A stretch of 63,632 bases of DNA, from positions 16,513,204 through 16,576,835 of the forward strand of contig JARFYF010000055.1 in assembly GCA_030265395.1 (NCBI GenBank), in the 5' to 3' direction. A program made the position numbers and the translations under genes. Below are positions 52,391-63,632 of this stretch, piece after piece. A model generated the notes under the pieces. That model worked only from the letters and a program-made list of their open reading frames with translations, had not been told where the DNA came from and made no database searches. The DNA is from Rhina ancylostomus. Its lineage: Eukaryota. Position 1 is the stretch's first letter. Every line of letters starts with the position of its first letter.

Positions 52391-52979
52391 GTAAGTGAGG
52401 AAGGGCCGCCGCCCCTTCGGCCGCTTTCCCCAGGCGGGGGCGGGGGCTGCCGGGGCCGCGGCCCGGGGAGAACAGGCGGCTCCTGACGGAGGGTCTCTGA
52501 CCTGAGGCGTTGGGGAAACGGGAGGACCTGGAACAACTCGAGCAGCGTCTGTGGGGGGGAAATGGACGGTCGGTGTTTCGGGTCGAGACTCTTCATTGGA
52601 CTGAGAGTCATGGAGTCGTCCAGCAGGGAAACAGATCGTTCGGCCCGACTGGTCCATACTGGCCAAGATTCCCACCTAAGCTCGTCCCATTTGGCTCATG
52701 TACCTCTGAACCTTTCCTATCCACGTACCTATCCAACTAAAGGTTGTTACTGTACCTGCCTCAACCATTTCCCCTGGCAGCTCATTCCACATGCGTACCA
52801 CCCTCTGTGTAAAATAAGAAGTTGCCTCTCAAGTTCCTACTAAAATCTTTTCCCTCTCACCTTAAAACTATGCTCCAACGCTGGGGGAAAAGACTGAGTA
52901 CTCAGTCTTCACGCTAATCAAATCTCAGATTTACACTAATCAAGTTTTGTGCCTGTCACATTCTCATTCAAATCGTCCT

Positions 52980-54250
52980 AGATTCTATCACTTATGATAG
53001 AGGGGAGATAGTATAAAGAAGTGAGGGGAGATAGTATAAAGAAGTGAGGGGAAGGGGTGGAACAAGAGCTGGCATGCGATAGGTGGATCCAGGTGAGGAC
53101 AGATGATTGGCATGGGGGGAGGGGAGAGCGGAAATAGATACAGAGGTTGGGAGGTGATAANNNNNNNNNGCCGGGGGAGGACGGTGGAGCATAGGAAAAA
53201 ATATGGGCGGGGGGGGGGGCGGATGGGAGCAGTGGGGAGAGGGACCCCAGTGGAAGGATAGAGTGGGTGGAGGAGGGAAAAAGAAGGGGAATGAAAAAAG
53301 GTGATGGCAGGATGGGGGGGTGGTAGGTGTAGCAGGAACTGGGTAGATCAGGACAAGAGAGAAAAAGGACAAATGGGAAACAGTTCACCTGATATTGAAG
53401 AATTCAATGTGAATGCCCTCAGATTGTAGACTACCCAGGCAGACTATGAGATGCTGTTCTAGTTCATGTTTAACCTCACCCTGACAGTGGAGGAAGCTGA
53501 GGACAGAGGGAAATGGGTGCAGGAATGGAGGGGGGAATTAAAATGGGTCACAACCAGGAACTCCAGAAGGCCATGGAAGGTGGGACACAGGTGCTCAGAA
53601 AAGCAGTCGGTTGCCCAGTCTGTGCGTGGTTGTAGAGGAGGCTACATCAAGAGCACCAAATGCAATAAACAAGGTCAAAGGAGGTGTATGTGAATCTCTG
53701 CCCTACCTGGAAGGACTATTTAGGGCCTTAGATTTTGGTGAGGGAGGAGGTGTAGGGATAAGTGTGACACCTCCTATGGTTGGAGGGAAAAGTACCAGGG
53801 GAGGGTAAGGGATATGTGGGGATGAATGAGAAAACCAGGGAGTCATGGAGATAGTGGTGCTTGCGGAAAGCATAAAGGGGTGGGAAGGGGAAATGTGGCT
53901 GGTTGAGGGAACTTTATCCCTGTTCTGTCTGGAATGAGGTGGGGAAGGGATAGTAGAAGTGTCAGAAGTAGAGATGTGGGTGAGGGCTCCATCAACTGAG
54001 GTGGGGGGGGCGGGGAAGTGAACCCCTATTTTCTGAAAGAGGAAGATATCTCAAGTGACCTGAAGTGGAAGACCTTATCTGGAGAACAGATGCAACAGAG
54101 ATGGAGAAAATGAGAGAAAGGAATGGCATAAGAAACAGAGTGGGAGGAGGTGTAGACTGGAGAGCTGTGGGAGTTGGTGGGTTTGCAGCAAATGTTGATG
54201 GATAGTCTGTCTCCTGAGACAGAGACGGTGAGGTACAGCCTGATCTAAGT
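52980..54250 (-). mobile_element. Degenerate Penelope-like retroelement (RT C-terminus, GIY-YIG endonuclease, 3' region)
   Basis: Minus strand near 53630-53730 reads GPK*SFQVGQRFTYTSFDLVYCIWCS*CSLLY, the Cys-rich/GIY-YIG segment of Penelope elements; many stops. Confidence 0.75.
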
Positions 54251-54589
54251 ATTTCCAGCATTTCCTGTTCTTATTTTGTTGACTTATGCAGTTCATTGAT
54301 GAGCTTTGGCCACTTTGAAGCTCTGCTTGTTTTCAGTCTGTCACCAGGCACTTTCATTTAAAACTTTCAGGGGTTGTATATAGTAGGAGATCATTAAAAA
54401 AAATGCTGGAAAGACTCAGCAGGTCATGCAGCAGCTGTGGTGCAAGCGAACATTTTGGGTCGATGACCTTCCATTAGACATGACAGCAATTATGTTTGGT
54501 TTTACAGAATAGGTAGGTTTAGTTATTCTCCCTTATTTGGGCATGAAACATTATCAGTGACACAGAGGTTGAGAAAAGTTGATGTGGAC

Positions 54590-55205
54590 GCAGGCCTTTC
54601 GGCTCACTAAGTCTGTGATGACCATCAAGTACCCATTTACACTAATCCCTCTCAAACCCCATTTTATATTCTCCCCACATTCTCATCAACTACTTTCAGA
54701 TTCTACCACATATGTACACATTAGGGCTATTTACATTGGCAATTAACCTATCAGCTGGCACAGTGGTGTGGGTGGTAGACCTGCTGCTTAACAGATCTAG
54801 CAATCCAAGTTCAATTCTGACTCTGGTGCTGTTTAAAGTTTGCATGTTCCCCTAGACACCGCATGAGTTTCCTCCAGGTGCACCAGTTTTGTCCCATGTC
54901 CCAAAGATGCATGGGTTGTTGGTTAATTGGCTGTTATAAATTACTTCTAATGTGTAAAGTCGTAGATTCTGGGGAGTTGAAGGGAATGTGAGGGGAGTAA
55001 AATGATATTTGTGTTTATGGGTACTCAGTAGTCAATGTGGACTCAGTGGGCCTTTTTCTGTGCAACTTTGTGACATATTCACGCTGTGGGAGGAACTGAG
55101 AACACCTGGAGGAAACCCTACTATTCCCAAGGAGAATGTGCAAACTCCACACAGACGGGTTTGCATCCGGGTCAGTGGAGTTGTGAGGAAGCAGCTCCAC
55201 TGTGC
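54590..55205. mobile_element. Nested V-SINEs: + strand copy (about 54757-55075) inside a - strand copy
   Basis: ggcacagtggtg..ggtagacctgctg..caagttcaattctgac tRNA-like head interrupts caattaacctatc / tgtgggaggaactgag of the outer copy. Confidence 0.75.
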
Positions 55206-55944
55206 CTCTGTGTTTTACATAATTTGGAATTATTGCTGTAATAATTATCAAAATTGTTACTAATGTGCTTCCAGATAATAGAATGTAAATATCATGAGAA
55301 GTACTCATTGTCTGGTTTTAATAGATGATGTTTTGACCATGATCCCAACACCATCATATACCGACACCACTGGACTACTGTCACATCTGAAAACTTTAGC
55401 TGATTTGGAATCTGTGGGTCTTGGTGAACTTGTGGATGGATTTCAAACTTTTTAGCTGGACAGGGAAGTGGGGCGTTTTGTTATACTATAGTGTAGTATA
55501 GGTTTGTACTTTAGACTGAGCATTTGATTTCAGACTGGTGCTTTAGGAGAAGGCATCCTAGAGGAAGCTGAGGCATTTCCTTAAAAGGAAGGAACATTTT
55601 CAGGCTCTTTTTTTTCCCTTAAGGCCATTACATCCATGGACTTTGTACTAACCCAATGTAACTGCACTGTGTAATGAATTGACCAGCAGGATCAGTATGC
55701 AAGACAAGTTTTTCCACTGTACCTGGTACAAGTGACAATAATAAACAAATATTAATACCAACTGCCCTAGCAGCTGACTTGAAGTCAGTAAATTCTATAA
55801 AGTAGAGAAAGAGCTAAATATGAGGGCAATAACAAATGCAGATGTTGTTCATGCTTTTGAGAAGAGGAATAAACTGCTGATGACAACGTATTCTCTGGAT
55901 GTGTCTGGTAAGGAGCTGATGAGACATGTTATCTTTTTAAATAG

Positions 55945-56043
55945 GTGGCCTTGCCGAAGAGGTAGACGAAAAGGTGCTTCATGCAGCTTTTATTCCATTT
56001 GGAGATATTATGGACATTCAAATTCCACTGGATTATGAGACAG
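55945..56043 (+). CDS. PPIE: PPIE exon 2 (RRM)
   Basis: [33 protein letters not shown]; 99 nt. Confidence 0.96.
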
Positions 56044-56406
56044 GTAAATGCCTGTAAATTCACCTAATTGTTTGTAATTTGGTCAGTATCAGAGTAAATA
56101 AAAATCTTAATAAATATTATGTTCTTTGTGATTTAGAATTTTTTGTGACACTGTATGGAAACTGGTTCTGATGTTCCAAAATTCTTGTTCTGAAATTTAA
56201 ATCGCTAAATTTTATTTTAAAAATATAAAGACTTTATTTTATTTTGCAAATTTTAAGTTTAGTTCCAGAGTTTTCAGCATGTTCTTGTCAGTATGATGAC
56301 ATATTCTTCTGTAATATCTGGTGAAACTTGGTGTTTTATAACTGGTAAATCAAGTAATAAAGATTACAAAATAGTTAACAATCTAAATTATTTTATTCTT
56401 GTTTAG

Positions 56407-56450
56407 AGAAACACAGAGGTTTTGCATTCATTGAATTTGAGAACGCTGAG
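56407..56450 (+). CDS. PPIE: PPIE exon 3
   Basis: EKHRGFAFIEFENAE (RNP1 motif); 44 nt. Confidence 0.95.
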
Positions 56451-56971
56451 GTGAGATACTTATTTTTATATTTATAGTAGTTGAAAACAAATTAGTCTGT
56501 CGCTCATCAGCATTATGAGATCTAGAAATGTTGATAATGGGGAACCAATTTGAAGACCATTGTTTGTGATGTAACCACTGAATAATATTTTGTTTTCTTG
56601 GCATCCAAATGGAAATGTTATTGATATTCCATGGGTGAAAGTTATGGATGTCAGCTGGCAAATATTTTTATGACCAAATGACATAAATTAACCTATTTTA
56701 TTTACTGTTTCTTTAAAATGCATTGAAAGGACAATGAGATTTGCGGTGTTTGTTTCTACTTTTCTTCTATGGTTGTGTTGAATGTTAAGAGATTTGTAGG
56801 AAAATTCTGAGTAACAGGAATTCTGAGTAACATTGAGATAACAATTGGAAAGTAACAAGGCTGGAAATCTGGACTAATGGCAACTTTTGGTTTCTGGTTT
56901 CGTGTTCCAAGGACTCCTGCTTGATATTGGAGGCACAAAAGACTGCAGACACTGGAATGTGGAGCAAAAAC

Positions 56972-57098
56972 CAAACTGCTGGAGGAACTCAGCAGATCAA
57001 GCAGCATCTGCGGAGAGAAAGAAATGGTCAAGTTTTCGGGTTGGGACCCTGCATCCCTTCAGATGCTGCTTGACCTGCTGAGTTCCTCCAGCAGTTTG
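56972..57098. repeat. 39-bp inverted repeat (one mismatch) with 49-nt spacer, Penelope-derived
   Basis: caaactgctggaggaactcagcagatcaagcagcatctg (56972-57010) versus cagatgctgcttgacctgctgagttcctccagcagtttg (57060-57098). Confidence 0.9.
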
Positions 57099-57435
57099 TC
57101 TTTTCCTCTGCTGGATATTGTTACCCATTGGCAACAGGTGTAAAGTGTGGATTTTGAATGACGACTTGGTTCTGCCACTGGACTCCCACCCTCCATCTAT
57201 CTATCTATCTAACACAAACACACTTGATTCAGGAAGAGAAAGACTTTTTATATTTCTAAAAAAGTCTGTGAACAGTGGCATGGGTGCCTTATGATTAATT
57301 TTAATTTGAATGGCTTTATTCCATTCACCTATTTTATGATCAATGTGATCTTCTTCCTCCAATACAGTAAATAAAAGAAATTAAGTTTGGAGTGCTACTT
57401 GTTGATGGCTTACAACTTTTCACTTATTCTTCCAG

Positions 57436-57462
57436 GATGCTGCAGCTGCCATTGATAATATG
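57436..57462 (+). CDS. PPIE: PPIE exon 4 (27-nt exon)
   Basis: DAAAAIDNM; tccag acceptor, gtaagt donor. Confidence 0.94.
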
Positions 57463-57692
57463 GTAAGTGGCAAATGGTGTGGGAAAAATTGGCAAACTGA
57501 CATCTTCAGATCCTTTTATTATTAAAAAGTGACATTTTTAAATAGTTAATAATGTAAAATGGTTGAGAACTGAAACTTGTTAAAGTACCAAATAACCAAG
57601 ATTGAAGGATATGTCTTTGTTAAGTGAAGAATATCCAAATGCATCTTACATAAAATTAGCCTAATTGTCTTTATTTTCGTGCCATTTATCAG

Positions 57693-57774
57693 AATGAGTC
57701 TGAACTTTTTGGAAGGACAATCCGAGTAAATCTGGCAAAACCCATGCGAATTAAGGAGGGATCCTCAAGAGCAG
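57693..57774 (+). CDS. PPIE: PPIE exon 5
   Basis: [27 protein letters not shown]; 82 nt. Confidence 0.96.
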
Positions 57775-59119
57775 GTGAGGAATAAAAATGTATTTATATA
57801 TAGAACAAGGATTTTGCTCATTGACAGAACATAAATAAGGTACTACAGGATATATTTAAAAAGAAAACAACTTTTTACAAGGGGATTTAGTTGGGACAGT
57901 GTGTGATTTTCTTGTTTTGTTTTAACTTGTGTTAGTGCTGAGTAGTGATTTGTAAAACTTCTAGTCAGTAGGGGCAGAAATGTTGGAAACATGAAATGTG
58001 TTGTTGAAAATAACTATGGAAAGTATCAGATGTACACCTGCTGTATCTTGGAGCAAGTACACATTAATTGCAGGAATAAAATTTCTACATCATAAAGAAG
58101 AGAATGATATAATAATATAATTCATTCATCTGCCTACAATTTCCAGGTTCTGTTCTTACAGCTTCCTAGACATTAATAAAAGTATATTTGAATATCCTTT
58201 TTTTCCTTTAAAAGTTGTAGGAAATTGTAGAAATCTGAAATAAAAACACAAAATGCTGGAAGTACACAGAAGGTCAGGCAACATTTGTAGAGAGAGAAAT
58301 AAAGCTCAAGCTTCAGGCCAGTGACCTTTGAGGTCGATCGTTTTTCTCTTTAATTATATTTTATGCCTTTACTCTGAAGCTCCTAGTGAGTGAATTGGCA
58401 TTGTTGGAATTCTTACTGTTGCTGTCTGATTAAAATGGTTGCTGATAATAACAACCAACATTATCAATCTGAAGTGATTATTTTACGATAACTACTAACT
58501 ATCCATGACATTGGGAATCAGAACCTTCTACAATGTTCAGGTAAAGCAGGGATGATGTTAAACTGCTGAGCTGGTTGGACCAATGTGGGGGAAGGAAAAA
58601 GGGTGAAAAGGGCCATAACTTTAATGAGGGGAGGGAATGACAAAGCCCAAAGACATTATGATGGGGAAGGGGCAACCTTTAAAGGCTGCATGCTTTGGCA
58701 TGTGGGAGGGGGCACAAGGGGAATAGCACAGTTATTTGTGGTTATTGCTGCTTGGTCCATGACCTAATGTCACAGACAATTGATAACTGAGAGGGGAGAC
58801 TGGATCCACAGCAGTTAATGGACTGTACCTGCTTACGGAGTATAGACCACGGCCCCAAGGTCTATGTATTTCAATGTCCTCATTGAGCATTAATATTAAT
58901 TGTGCAGATGGGTTTTATTTTAGTTAGGAGGGTGTTGACAGCCTGAATATATGGATGCAATAAAGACTTCAAAAATTACATTTACAAAAAGGTTAAACGG
59001 TTACCTTTGACTGCATCATGCATTTCTAGAAAGCTGTCTAGTGGCTTCTGTGGCAAACTTCTTGAGGCCCACCATACCAAAGGACTGGGAATTAATTTTC
59101 ATGGCAGGTTAGCAACAAA

Positions 59120-60200
59120 ACATGTATATAGCAGACTTAAATAGAAAACTATCCTAAAACATTTCACAGAGGTGTAATTTTAAAAACTGGATGCCAAACC
59201 TAAAGCAGAAATTTGGGGGTATGGCCCAAAACCTTAGTTAGAGAAAGGATTTAAGGCAGTTCTTAAATGAAGAGGGAGCTCTTGTGGAGGCAGTTAGGTT
59301 TGGAGAATTCCCGAGTCCAAAGCCCGATGGCTGAAGGCAAGTGTGCCACTGATGGTGTGAGGGACGGAGAGAGTGCACAGGAATTGGAGAAACAAAGTCT
59401 GAGGGATTGTAGGGTTTGGTATTTAACAATGAGTCTGACAGTTTTAAACATGTTATTTGTGTAGTCAGCAGAGGAGTAATTGACATGGTTCAGTGCTGGG
59501 GAGGATACTGTCAACCAAATCTGAGATCATCTCAAAATGAGAGGCTGGAGTGGAAGGCCATGTTTAATAAAAACACAGGAGTAATTGACTTTAAAAATCG
59601 AGTATAAAAGATGGGACTACTGGTGGTAGATGGACTGAGTTAGGAGAAGTGTTATGGAGTACAAGTAGGCATTCCATATAAAGGGAAGAATATGGGTTTG
59701 GAAATATTACAATTTTGAAGTAGGATGTAGAGGTTGTGACCAATCAGATTCAGCAGGAGTTGGTGACTGGAGAGGGAGTAGAGTTGATGCTATGGATAAA
59801 GGGTTTGTGCTGTGGCTGAAGATGTAAATCTCAGATTTTTTTTAAACTGTAGGTAATTAGCTTACATAAAGACGAAGATCAGACAAGCAGTCTGAAAACT
59901 GAGGCAGTCATTAGTGTATATGTAGAAGCTGACCGTGTCTGAGGAGGACAGTACTAGATGCCTTACTTGGAGTAGGATGAAAGTAAAATCTGGAGTGTGT
60001 GTTCAGGAAATAACAAAGAAAGCCATTGCATGAGAGGCTGACTGTGATCAGATAGGCAAAACTGGAGCCAAGCAACCTTATTCCCACTGACGGAGCAGTA
60101 ATATGCAGTTTATCCCAGCCACAGCATTTGTCATTCATGACCTTGATTGGATCATTTTGATGTTAAGAACAGCCTGAAAAACAGATTGGAGAGATTCAAG
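59120..60200 (-). mobile_element. Old L2-like LINE fragment
   Basis: L2-type 3' sequence (ttaaggcagttcttaaatgaagagggag..ggagaattcccgagt); heavily decayed. Confidence 0.5.
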
Positions 60201-60269
60201 CAGCAAATTGCAGGTTAGATGATGGTAGATTTGGCAGTAACTTTGGTAGAGCATATGAATGATAAATTA

Positions 60270-60700
60270 GAAGTTGAGGGAGGCCACTCAGCCCTTCGAG
60301 CATCTTCTGTTGTTCAGCAAGTTTGTGGCTGAATTGATTGTAACTTCAACTCTGCATCCAGACTGCCCGTGGTAACCTTTCCCCCCTTTGCCCCCAAGAA
60401 TCCAGCCACCTCTGCCTTTAAAATCTGCAAAGACTCTGCTTCCACAACCCTTTGAGTCTTTGATTTCCACCTGAGAGAGGAAAAATTGCTTCATTTCCAT
60501 CTTAAATGGAAAGACCCTTAGTTTTAAACAGTGGCCCCTAGTTCTAGGTTCTTTCACAAGAGGAAAATGTCTCTGCACATCTACCCTGTAAGGACTCCTG
60601 CAGGATCTTGAATGTTTCACTCCTATCTACTCTAATTCTTCTGAACTCTGGTAGATACAAGCCTAATCTGTCCAACCCTTCCTTGTAAGACAACCTGTTC
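60270..60700 (-). mobile_element. CR1 LINE 3' end
   Basis: Minus ORF contains RVDVQRHFPLVKEPRTRGHCLKL, the CR1 ORF2 C-terminal motif. Confidence 0.8.
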
Positions 60701-60919
60701 ATGCATTTTGAGGAATGGAGTGATGTTGAAACAGATTATCTCACCACTGATGTGCACACTCAGTACCAGTTATTCCTCTGGGCACTGACATTTTAAGTTC
60801 CTATTGGTCCTTGACAGAGGAATTATAAATGTATTTGACTGTCCTAGTGGTTTTAATATAATTGTTGTGCTTTGCTGCCATTTGTGAGTGAAATATAAGT
60901 GGTATTTCCTTCAATCCAG

Positions 60920-61023
60920 TGTGGTCCGATGATGACTGGTTAAAGAAATTTGCTGGAAAGACCTTGGAGGAAAATGAAAACGATGAGGGTGGAGGAGACA
61001 GTGGAGAAACACAAACACAGGAG
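60920..61023 (+). CDS. PPIE: PPIE exon 6
   Basis: [35 protein letters not shown]; 104 nt. Confidence 0.95.
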
Positions 61024-61619
61024 GTGAGGTTTTGTGTCTTGTAGTACTGTGAAATGCTTTGGGATATTTCTACACAAAGCAGCACTGAGGCTGGATGGGC
61101 ACCATTTTACAGGTTATTTTAATTCCTGAATGCCCAATTATGAAACTTGGCAAAAGCCAAAGTGACAGCTGGAGAATGAGCAGGATGTGAGCCTGTTCTA
61201 GATCAATGACAGTGAAGTCTGTTTTATTGCAATATAGAACCACTTTGTTTAACCAGCTGTGTTACTCTCAAACATTTGTGTTAATTGCTAAGTTATGAAA
61301 TCTAAGCAGAAATATTGATATTATCTACATATTTCTTAAATATCATAAAATTCTGCTGTGACACTAGAAAGCAGAAATCCATGATTTCTTAATGGAAATA
61401 TGTAGACAACATCAATATTTTTGCTTGGATTTCATTACTTACCAGATGTAAATTAACACAAATGTTTATGAGTTCAATTATGCTTATGACTTTTGTAAGA
61501 TCAGGTAAAAATCTTTGATTTAATTTTTTAAAAATCTAAATGTATGTGAACACTTGAGTATTTTAAAAGTTCCTTTTTATTCATAATTATTTAATCATTA
61601 AAAACAATTCTTTCTTAAG

Positions 61620-61743
61620 GGTGAGCCACCAGCCAAAAAATCAAGAGCCAATCCTCAAGTCTACATGGATATCAAAATTGGCAATAAGCCTGTTGGTAGA
61701 ATACGCTTTTTATTACGAGCTGACATTGTTCCAATGACTGCAG
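61620..61743 (+). CDS. PPIE: PPIE exon 7 (start of cyclophilin domain); gene continues beyond window
   Basis: [41 protein letters not shown]; 124 nt. Confidence 0.96.
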
Positions 61744-62639
61744 GTAAACAGTAACATAACACACACAGATATATCATTATTTGTGAGCAAAGATCAGATC
61801 AATCTTATTAATGACTCATTAGCTACACTTATTTCCTTTAATCCACCTTGTCTCTGTGTCTTGAAACTGAGCTTCCTAAACCTGCCTGTCTGTTCTATAG
61901 ATCATGGGTGATTGCTGTTAATGTTATATACAGTATGTGCCTGTAGTTGCTGCTTTCTGGATCATCCCCTTTTGAATTGTTATGGCTCTGGAGATTTGCT
62001 TTCTATTGTAGAAAAATCCTAAATTAAATCGCCAAGATCTGTTAATGTGCACAGCTTGAGGTAAAGCAAGCCTACTGTATATGCATTTTGTAAATATGAG
62101 TCACCCTGATTTCTGCTAAACTAGCCTACAAAGACAAAAGGCTTGGGCAGTCCTGCAGTAGGGCTTTTTTCCTGTTTTAAAAAAAGTGAATTGATCAAAA
62201 AGTCCCTGGTACAAATTAGGATGTGTATATAAAGAAACTTGCAAAAGAAAAACAAAAAAAAATTTAGTAGTCTAAGTCACTGCATTGTGTCTGGGCTCTG
62301 ATATTTGGGTATGTAATAGATGTCTCCACTTTGAATCTAGTTGGAGAAATTCTGACACATATGGGAGGGGCAAGCAGTTTCTCAATGGGATTTTTCAGAT
62401 CTTGCTCACAACTCATTAAGAGGCCTGGAATCAAAGGGGGTCTAGTAGAATCCTCAGAAAATGATCCTATCCCAATATACATGTGCTTCTTGTAGAGATA
62501 AAAATAAAGACCTCTTCAAAAGAATAGCCAGAATACCAACCATGGCACCTTGTAGTTGGAGGTGGAGGCTGGAGGAGTAGTCTGGAGGAGATGGAGAATC
62601 AGAGTGAGGGAGATGATTTTGTAAACAGGGTTTATACAG

Positions 62640-63450
62640 ATGTACGCTCAGACCCCTCTATTCCTGCACATCCTTTGGGATTGTGATCCTTATGTTACGT
62701 TGTCTCTCATTCTCTTTGCTGAAGTGAACACTCGTATTTCTCTCAACTAAATTCCATCTGCCACATATCTGTAGATTTAGCCAGGCTGTCCATGTCTTCT
62801 TGCAATTGCTTACTATCTTTCTCACCATTTATGACACTTTCACACTTCATGTCATCCGTAAATTCAGAAATTTTACCTTTCATGTTCATTTGCAAGTAAT
62901 CAATATGAATCAAAGGAAGCAGTCCTGATCACTAGGGAGCTTAATTCTCCATCCTCCAATCTGACTCAACCGTTTACCACAAAGCCCCTCTTTCTATTTC
63001 CTGCCTTGTAAATCTTAAATTCCATAAGCCTCAATTTTATTAAGCAGCCTTCTGTTTAAATTTTCATCAAATGTGTTCTGAAAATCCAGGTAGAAGACCT
63101 CTACTGAGTTCCCTTCATTAACCTTCTCTTTGGCCTCATCAAAAAAACTCCATTGACTTAGTCAAACACAATTTGCCTTTCACAAATATTTATCAATTCT
63201 GATTTTTCCAAGTGCATACAATTATTGTTTCTAAAAGCTTCCCCACAGCAGAGGTTAAAAGGACTGTCAAGCATTTCCAGGCAAGTCGTTAGAGACTTTA
63301 TTTGAACAAGGTTGCTGTGTTTGCCATTTTCCTGGCACTTCTTGTTCTGTTGGAAGCTTACAAGATTCTCTAGGCTTATTTGCCTTCCTCAGGTGTTCTA
63401 TCATGGATTAAATCCTATTTGCCATCTTTAGCCGACCCAGCTAATTCATT
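62640..63450 (-). mobile_element. Degenerate CR1 LINE (RT region)
   Basis: aaattccatctgccac, tgtcatccgtaaatt, tcaaatgtgttctgaaaatccaggtag, ttagtcaaacacaatttgcctttcacaaa. Confidence 0.68.
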
Positions 63451-63632
63451 GATATGGTTAGATAGGCACGAAAGTGACAAATGGAGCTTTCTTCCTAAAT
63501 ATCATCTACTCTGTCATCAGCAAATGTCTTAATTGTGGCCTCTATATTTCAGTCTCCTGAGCTGTATGGGATAACAGAGTAGCGAAGAGACCCTGTGCCT
63601 GAGGGACTCTATTGCCTGGGACACTGGCTCCC

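Noticed and set aside
52177-52843. Overlapping ORFs around the PPIE promoter
   Set aside because: Stop-poor CpG island plus repeat sequence; no recognisable protein
53000-53051. 23-bp tandem duplication gaggggagatagtataaagaagt
   Set aside because: Two-copy slippage at the edge of a decayed Penelope element; no spacer structure

Overview
Vertebrate genomic DNA, most likely a cartilaginous fish (inferred from V-SINE/HE1-like, Deu-domain SINE, CR1, Rex1 and Penelope repeats), AT-rich with several N gaps. Three + strand spliced genes were reconstructed by hand from GT-AG boundaries: (1) the last three exons of a PDIA6-like disulfide isomerase ending in KDEL (875-2548); (2) a complete PABPC4 (TATA 10872, 14 coding exons 11313-44559, 1905 nt = 634 aa, a 3'UTR intron, poly(A) signals near 46230-46320), with an A-rich 5' leader and an intronic SNORA55-like H/ACA snoRNA (28888-29021); (3) exons 1-7 of PPIE/cyclophilin 33 (52360-61743, continuing past the window). 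Most ORF-track entries are spurious or decayed retroelement fragments. The best leads are a candidate poison exon in PABPC4 intron 3, a SNORA55 whose 5' guide pocket looks closed, a splice donor plus AATAAA around the PABPC4 A-rich leader, a possible PDIA6 ohnolog beside PABPC4, a Rex1 LINE with a 15-bp target-site duplication just upstream of the PABPC4 promoter, and Penelope-derived inverted repeats with decayed hammerhead cores. No wholly new system can be claimed from sequence alone. Comparisons to human genes and repeat consensuses are from memory, and repeat boundaries are approximate.
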